NCBI GenBank assembly: GCA_963727525.1
Contig: CAVSGO010000005.1
Coordinates: 288,001 to 352,000 of the forward strand
Reading direction: 5' to 3'
Origin: an uncultured bacterium
GTDB lineage: Bacteria; Krumholzibacteriota; Krumholzibacteriia; LZORAL124-64-63
Length of the DNA stretch: 64,000 nucleotides
Part shown: positions 59,371 to 64,000 of the stretch, one piece after another
Layout of the letters: every line of letters begins with the position of its first letter
Numbering within the stretch: the first letter of the stretch is position 1
Program-made: the position numbers and the translations under genes
Notes under the pieces: model-generated
Told to the model about the DNA's origin: nothing
The model's input: only the letters and a program-made list of their open reading frames with translations
Database searches by the model: none

Positions 59371-60969
59371 TCAGAACCGCCGCCGCCACTGCAGCAGCCA
59401 GCGGTCGCCCGCGATATCCCGGCCCCAGTCGCGGTGCACCTCGGCGCCGAGCGACCAGCCGGCGGTGAGGGACCAGTCGACGCCGACCTCGCCCCAGGAG
59501 CTGGACCGGCCACCGGCCCCGTCGATGCCGCGATAGCCGTAGTATCCCGCGGCGACACGGACGTCGAGCCCGCCGCGCGAGCGCCGCGCGAGCCCCAGGG
59601 ATGGCGACCAGCCGGAAAGATATGGACCGTCGAAACCGCGAAGCGCCAGGTCGAGATCCAGCCCGCGGGTCGGCAGGTTCACGGCATAGATCCGACTGCT
59701 CCACGAGTACACCGTCGTAGCGCTGGCGTCGTCGCGCCGTAGGCTCCCACGCAGGTCGAACGTCTTGCCGGGGGCGGGTCGCCAGGTCACGCCCGCGCCG
59801 AGGCCGCGGCGGCCGGCATCGCGGAATAGACTGTCCGGCAGAGCTTGCGATTCCCAGGTGCGCACGGGGTTGCGGTCGTCCCAGCCCAGGCTCAGAGCTA
59901 CCTGCCGCGACGCTCGCCAGCGGCCGGTGAGCGCCAGGCTGGACAGCGCGAGTCGCGTACCGGTGGCTTCGTGGCGCCAGCCGCGGTTCACGTCGACCTC
60001 GGCAGCCTGGAGCAGACTCAGACCCGACGCGTTGCGCCAGCTCGTCGTGATGGACACGTACTCGCGGCTGATCGCGCTGCGCCGGTAGCGCCCCACCGCC
60101 GACAGGACGACATCGAGCGCGCGGCCACGTGCTGTCCGCCCATCGATGTGGGCAGTGAACCCGACGAGTCGATCGTCGGTAGCGAAACCGAGATCCGACC
60201 AGCGCGGGGCGAAGCCGCCGAACAGCCCCACGCGCAGCGGTCCGGACACCCGCACGTCGGCGCGCAGGCCGTCGAAAGGGCCGGCGGCCGCCACGAGCCG
60301 CGAGCCGACGCGGCCGATCGCGTAGTTCCAGTTGCGGCGCGGGTCGTCCTGGACCAGCGCGATCTCGAGCACACGGTTGCGCCATTCCTGGCCGGGAACC
60401 GACGCGGTATAGCCTTGACGCGTCAGGTGCCGCAACCGGCCACGCGCTCGCAGCTCACGCCCACCTCCGAGTCCACGCACGAGCACGCGGAACGGCAGGG
60501 TCACGAGATCGCTGCTCAGTCCAACGTCCAGTTCCTCGCTCGTGTGATCCCACGCGAGTCCCAGGTAACCGGACATGTCGACGCCGGCGTTCGCCTCGGA
60601 CGTCGCCACCTGTCGCGTGCGTATGGACGCGCGCATGCGCTCCGGCGCGGGCGGTGGCGCCGGTGCGGGAGGCTCCTCGGTCACCTCCGGCACGTACGTC
60701 ACGACGTCGCCTGAAAGGATCTCGCCGGTCGCCACCACCACCCGGCACGAGGCCGAGTGGTCGGCCACGAAGACCACCTCCAGCTCGGCGATCTCCTTGC
60801 CATCGCGATGCACGCGCGGATGGTCGCCGAGGCTCACACCGCGCAACGTCCCCGCGTCGAGGTAGACGTGGTCGGCGGACACGTAGCGCACCTCGCACTG
60901 CGCGGACTGGCCGCGCGCGGGTGCGACGAGGGCAAACAGGAGGCCTCCGAGTATCAGCTGGCGCCGCAT
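59371..60969 (-). CDS. Putative outer-membrane beta-barrel protein
   Basis: Signal peptide, small N-domain, Pro-rich linker, alternating amphipathic strands, terminal Phe; coupled to the cytochrome gene. Confidence 0.72.
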   Translation of the reverse strand: MRRQLILGGLLFALVAPARGQSAQCEVRYVSADHVYLDAGTLRGVSLGDHPRVHRDGKEIAELEVVFVADHSASCRVVVATGEILSGDVVTYVPEVTEEPPAPAPPPAPERMRASIRTRQVATSEANAGVDMSGYLGLAWDHTSEELDVGLSSDLVTLPFRVLVRGLGGGRELRARGRLRHLTRQGYTASVPGQEWRNRVLEIALVQDDPRRNWNYAIGRVGSRLVAAAGPFDGLRADVRVSGPLRVGLFGGFAPRWSDLGFATDDRLVGFTAHIDGRTARGRALDVVLSAVGRYRRSAISREYVSITTSWRNASGLSLLQAAEVDVNRGWRHEATGTRLALSSLALTGRWRASRQVALSLGWDDRNPVRTWESQALPDSLFRDAGRRGLGAGVTWRPAPGKTFDLRGSLRRDDASATTVYSWSSRIYAVNLPTRGLDLDLALRGFDGPYLSGWSPSLGLARRSRGGLDVRVAAGYYGYRGIDGAGGRSSSWGEVGVDWSLTAGWSLGAEVHRDWGRDIAGDRWLLQWRRRF

Positions 60970-62219
60970 CAGTCGCCCTGCCCGCGCGGGTGGCACTGGT
61001 AGCAGGCCGTGCTCACATACTGATAGTTGTTGACTTCCCGATGATCACGATCGGTATCCGTCTGATTGTGTTCGTGACAGAAGATACACTCGAACACCGT
61101 GTAGTCCGTCGCCACGACGTGGCAATCGGCGCAAACGTTCCACTCGTTGCGATGCCTACCGCTGTAGATCGGGAACAGTGTGTCGTGATCCCAGTTCGCG
61201 GGTTGCCAGGCCGTCGTGGTGTGGCACGTCGCGCAGGTGGTCGGAAAGTTCGACGCCGTGTGCGGCGGGTCGTTGGTCTGCTGGAAGTCGGTCTGGTGGC
61301 ACGCGTAGCAGCCGGTGGGCGTACCCGTGTAGCCGCTCGTGTGGCATGAGGCGCATTCGGTGGTGCGGTGCGCGCCCGTCAGCGGGAACGCCGTGGCATC
61401 GTGATCGAAGGTGGCCGGCTGCCAGGCGTTGATCGTATGGCAGTTCGTGCAGCTCGTGGCGAAGCCCGCGGCCACGTGCGCCGGGTCCGTCGTCTGCTCG
61501 TAGTCGGTACGATGGCACGCGTAGCAATCGGTTGGAGTGCCGGCGAAGCCGCTGGTGTGGCAGCGCGCGCATTCCACACCCGCGTGTCCACCCGAGAGGG
61601 GGAACGACGACGGATGGTGGAAATCACGCGATCCCCACGAGGTGGCGAAGACGCCGTGGCAAACGCGGCAATCGGTGCCGAAACCGGCGCTCGCATGTGC
61701 CGGCGCGGTGGTCGCCGCGTAAACGTCGGCATGGCACGTGTAGCAGTCGGTGGGCGTGCCCACGTAGTCGTCGCCCGGGGCGCCGCGATGGCAGGCCTCG
61801 CAATCGACACGTTCATGCACGCCGACGAGCGGCATCGACGTGCCGTCGTGCAGTCGTCGCATACGCTCGCGGTCGATGAAGCCCGTCGTGGCGTGGCAGT
61901 GCGCGCAGTCCGGCCCCAGCCGCCCGCGATGGGCGTCGGCGTGGCAGTCGACGCAGCTCGTCCCCACGTGGGAGAACACGAGGTCGCCGTGGCAGGCGCG
62001 GCACTGCACATCCTTGTGGCGTCCCGTCAGGGGAAATCCCGTCGTTCCGTGGTCGAATCCCGCGGGTCGGCCCGTGATGCGCCAGGACGCCTCGACATGG
62101 CAGGTGGCACAATCCAGATCGGCATTGCCGTGAGGGTTGTCCTGGGCACGCGCCTCGACCCCCATCAGGGCGAGGGCAGTCAGCGCGAGCAGGCTCGAGG
62201 TCGACAAGCGACGACTCAT
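60969..62219 (-). CDS. Multiheme c-type cytochrome, 16 CxxCH
   Basis: Signal peptide; 16 CxxCH counted; repeated H...FPLxGxH units. Confidence 0.93.
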   Translation of the reverse strand: MSRRLSTSSLLALTALALMGVEARAQDNPHGNADLDCATCHVEASWRITGRPAGFDHGTTGFPLTGRHKDVQCRACHGDLVFSHVGTSCVDCHADAHRGRLGPDCAHCHATTGFIDRERMRRLHDGTSMPLVGVHERVDCEACHRGAPGDDYVGTPTDCYTCHADVYAATTAPAHASAGFGTDCRVCHGVFATSWGSRDFHHPSSFPLSGGHAGVECARCHTSGFAGTPTDCYACHRTDYEQTTDPAHVAAGFATSCTNCHTINAWQPATFDHDATAFPLTGAHRTTECASCHTSGYTGTPTGCYACHQTDFQQTNDPPHTASNFPTTCATCHTTTAWQPANWDHDTLFPIYSGRHRNEWNVCADCHVVATDYTVFECIFCHEHNQTDTDRDHREVNNYQYVSTACYQCHPRGQGD

Positions 62220-63928
62220 GGCGTCTCCTTCCCGGCGGGAACCTTCGCCCCGTGGCACGCCGCACATGTGGTTGGAAGCGGCTTGAACGTGAGTGCGTGA
62301 CCCGGTTCTCGCGGCTCATGGCAACCCGTGCAGGCCACCTTCTCGTGGCCGCCGCGCAGCGCAAAACGGCTGTCGCGATCGTGATCGAATCTCTCGGCCA
62401 GCCAGTCCGCGGGGACATGGCAGCGGTCGCAGGTCGTCCGCCCCTCGGCGTCGGCGAGCTGGCCGTCATGGATGTCGGCGTGGCAGGTGGCGCAGGTACG
62501 CGACGCCCCCGTGTCGCCGAGGATCCAATCCCTGCCCTCGCCCCGCGGATGGCATGCGCGGCACGCCACCTGCGCATGGCGCCCCGTCAGGTCGAAGCCC
62601 ACGCCGGTGTGGACGAAGGCGACCTGGCGCCAGCTCCCCTCGTCATGGCAGGTCGTACATCCGGTCACAGCCGCGAGCTTCTGCGTTCGCTCGCCGTGCG
62701 GGTCCCGATGACAGTCGGTGCACGATCCGTGTGGGGGGAGCAGCTCGGCGGCGTGTGTCCCGGCTCGCGGCTGGTGGCAAGCGACGCAGGCCACGGCGAG
62801 ATGGGCGCCGCGCAGGGGAAACGCCGTGCTGTCGTGGCGCGCCACGGTGAAAGTCGCACGTGCGTAGTCGGCCACCGTATGGCAGTCGGCGCACGCGAGC
62901 AGGTCGGCCCTTCCCCGAGCCTTCACGCCGTGATCGTCGCGATGGCAATTCACGCAACGCGCGAAGGCGGGCCGCCGCCTGTCGCCGCCATGGCACGCAT
63001 TGCAGGACAGGCCCGCGTGGCGGCCGCGCAGCGGATATCGCGTGCGATCGTGGTCGAATGTGCTGCCCTCGATCTGGCGCCATCCAGCGGTCACATGGCA
63101 ACTACTGCAGTTCGGACCGAGCGCCCCGGCATGGGCATCCCTGTGGCAGCTCGTGCACTGCGTGGCGGCCACGCCCGCATACTTCCGCCGGGGCGCGCCA
63201 CCCTGGCGTGCGGCGGGCTGCAGCGTGTGGCAGGAATCGCACGCCGCCGACGCATGACGCCCCGTGAGAGGAAATCCGGTCTTCGCGTGATCGAACCGGG
63301 CGGCGGGTTTCCAGGCCTGCGTATCGTGACACTCGGTGCAAACCTGCCGGAACTGCCCTGCGTGGGGATCCTGATGGCAGGCCGCGCAAGCCGTGGCCAG
63401 CCCGAGGAACGTGCGGGTCAGGTCCTTGCCCATCGCGCGCCAGCGCGCCGGTTCCTGGATGTGCGACGGCATATGGCAGTCGCGGCATTTCAGTGTGGCG
63501 TGACGCCCGGTGAGCGAGAACCCCGTCGTCCCGTGGTCGAAGGCCTCCCGCCCGCCCTCCCAGTAGACGAGATCGTAATCCACGCCCTGATGCTCGACGT
63601 GACAATCGGCGCAGCGAGAAAACCTCGCCTCGCGGTGCAATCCCGGCCCGCCGGCACGCATGGCGGCGATCGCCTCGTGGCATGCGAGGCACCGATCGGT
63701 GACCTCGCGACTCCCGAACGTGTGGCAGCGCGAGCATTGCTTGATGCCTTCGAGTTCGCTGTGGAACCGGCTGAGCGGGCCCGGAGAGAGCTGCGCCCAG
63801 GCAGACCCGGATACGGGCAGAACCAGCACTAAAGCCAGCGCTGATCCAATATAAAGGCATCTTGTCGCATTTTGCGGACGGTAGTAAATGATGCTGTTTC
63901 CTCGCCATCCGAGGATTCGGGGAATCAT
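62216..63928 (-). CDS. Multiheme c-type cytochrome, 20 CxxCH
   Basis: Signal peptide; 20 CxxCH counted; ATG overlaps the upstream stop. Confidence 0.93.
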   Translation of the reverse strand: MIPRILGWRGNSIIYYRPQNATRCLYIGSALALVLVLPVSGSAWAQLSPGPLSRFHSELEGIKQCSRCHTFGSREVTDRCLACHEAIAAMRAGGPGLHREARFSRCADCHVEHQGVDYDLVYWEGGREAFDHGTTGFSLTGRHATLKCRDCHMPSHIQEPARWRAMGKDLTRTFLGLATACAACHQDPHAGQFRQVCTECHDTQAWKPAARFDHAKTGFPLTGRHASAACDSCHTLQPAARQGGAPRRKYAGVAATQCTSCHRDAHAGALGPNCSSCHVTAGWRQIEGSTFDHDRTRYPLRGRHAGLSCNACHGGDRRRPAFARCVNCHRDDHGVKARGRADLLACADCHTVADYARATFTVARHDSTAFPLRGAHLAVACVACHQPRAGTHAAELLPPHGSCTDCHRDPHGERTQKLAAVTGCTTCHDEGSWRQVAFVHTGVGFDLTGRHAQVACRACHPRGEGRDWILGDTGASRTCATCHADIHDGQLADAEGRTTCDRCHVPADWLAERFDHDRDSRFALRGGHEKVACTGCHEPREPGHALTFKPLPTTCAACHGAKVPAGKETP

Positions 63929-63999
63929 AATCTCCACGTGTATCCCAGGGCGACAGCGACCGTGACATGCACGATCATGACCAGGATCATGATGAAAGC
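63925..63999 (-). CDS. C-terminus of an integral membrane protein (partial)
   Basis: Hand translation AFIMILVMIVHVTVAVALGYTWRL*: hydrophobic helix with intramembrane His; stop overlaps the cytochrome ATG. Confidence 0.6.
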   Translation of the reverse strand, partial: AFIMILVMIVHVTVAVALGYTWRL

Positions 64000-64000
64000 A

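Noticed and set aside
59371-63928. Calling the cluster mtrCAB or naming a known nanowire cytochrome
   Set aside because: Heme counts (16 and 20) and module pattern differ from decaheme MtrA/MtrC; homology cannot be shown without a search.
1-64000. CRISPR array, rRNA or intact tRNA
   Set aside because: No regularly spaced direct repeats or rRNA signatures seen; the repeats present are protein-level (FG-GAP, heme modules).

Overview
High-GC bacterial chromosomal window, densely coding. Proteins with FlgD/T9SS-like C-terminal domains and a C-terminal TWGxIKxLY motif suggest an FCB-group candidate phylum such as Krumholzibacteriota, Latescibacterota or Eisenbacteria (inference). Left to right: PLP decarboxylase/HAD/acylphosphatase genes; a glycosyltransferase-sulfotransferase cluster; pdxR-pdxS-pdxT; a chemoreceptor; an IS1-like element with 25-bp terminal inverted repeats; a sugar-phosphate-type bacterial microcompartment (BMC) operon with a fused RpiB-DeoC enzyme; secreted proteins, proS and a degenerate tRNA-Asn 3' fragment; lipA; a second chemoreceptor; a MacAB-type exporter; an MSHA/T2SS-like operon. 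The right end holds the most striking locus: a minus-strand redox cluster with 20-heme and 16-heme c-cytochromes, an outer-membrane barrel, a membrane-anchored ferredoxin-flavoprotein with a circularly permuted TrxR-like fold, and a TlpA-DUF4266-DUF3570-ApbE flavinylation module. No CRISPR array, rRNA or intact tRNA was seen. All calls come from reading motifs by eye; no database search was run.
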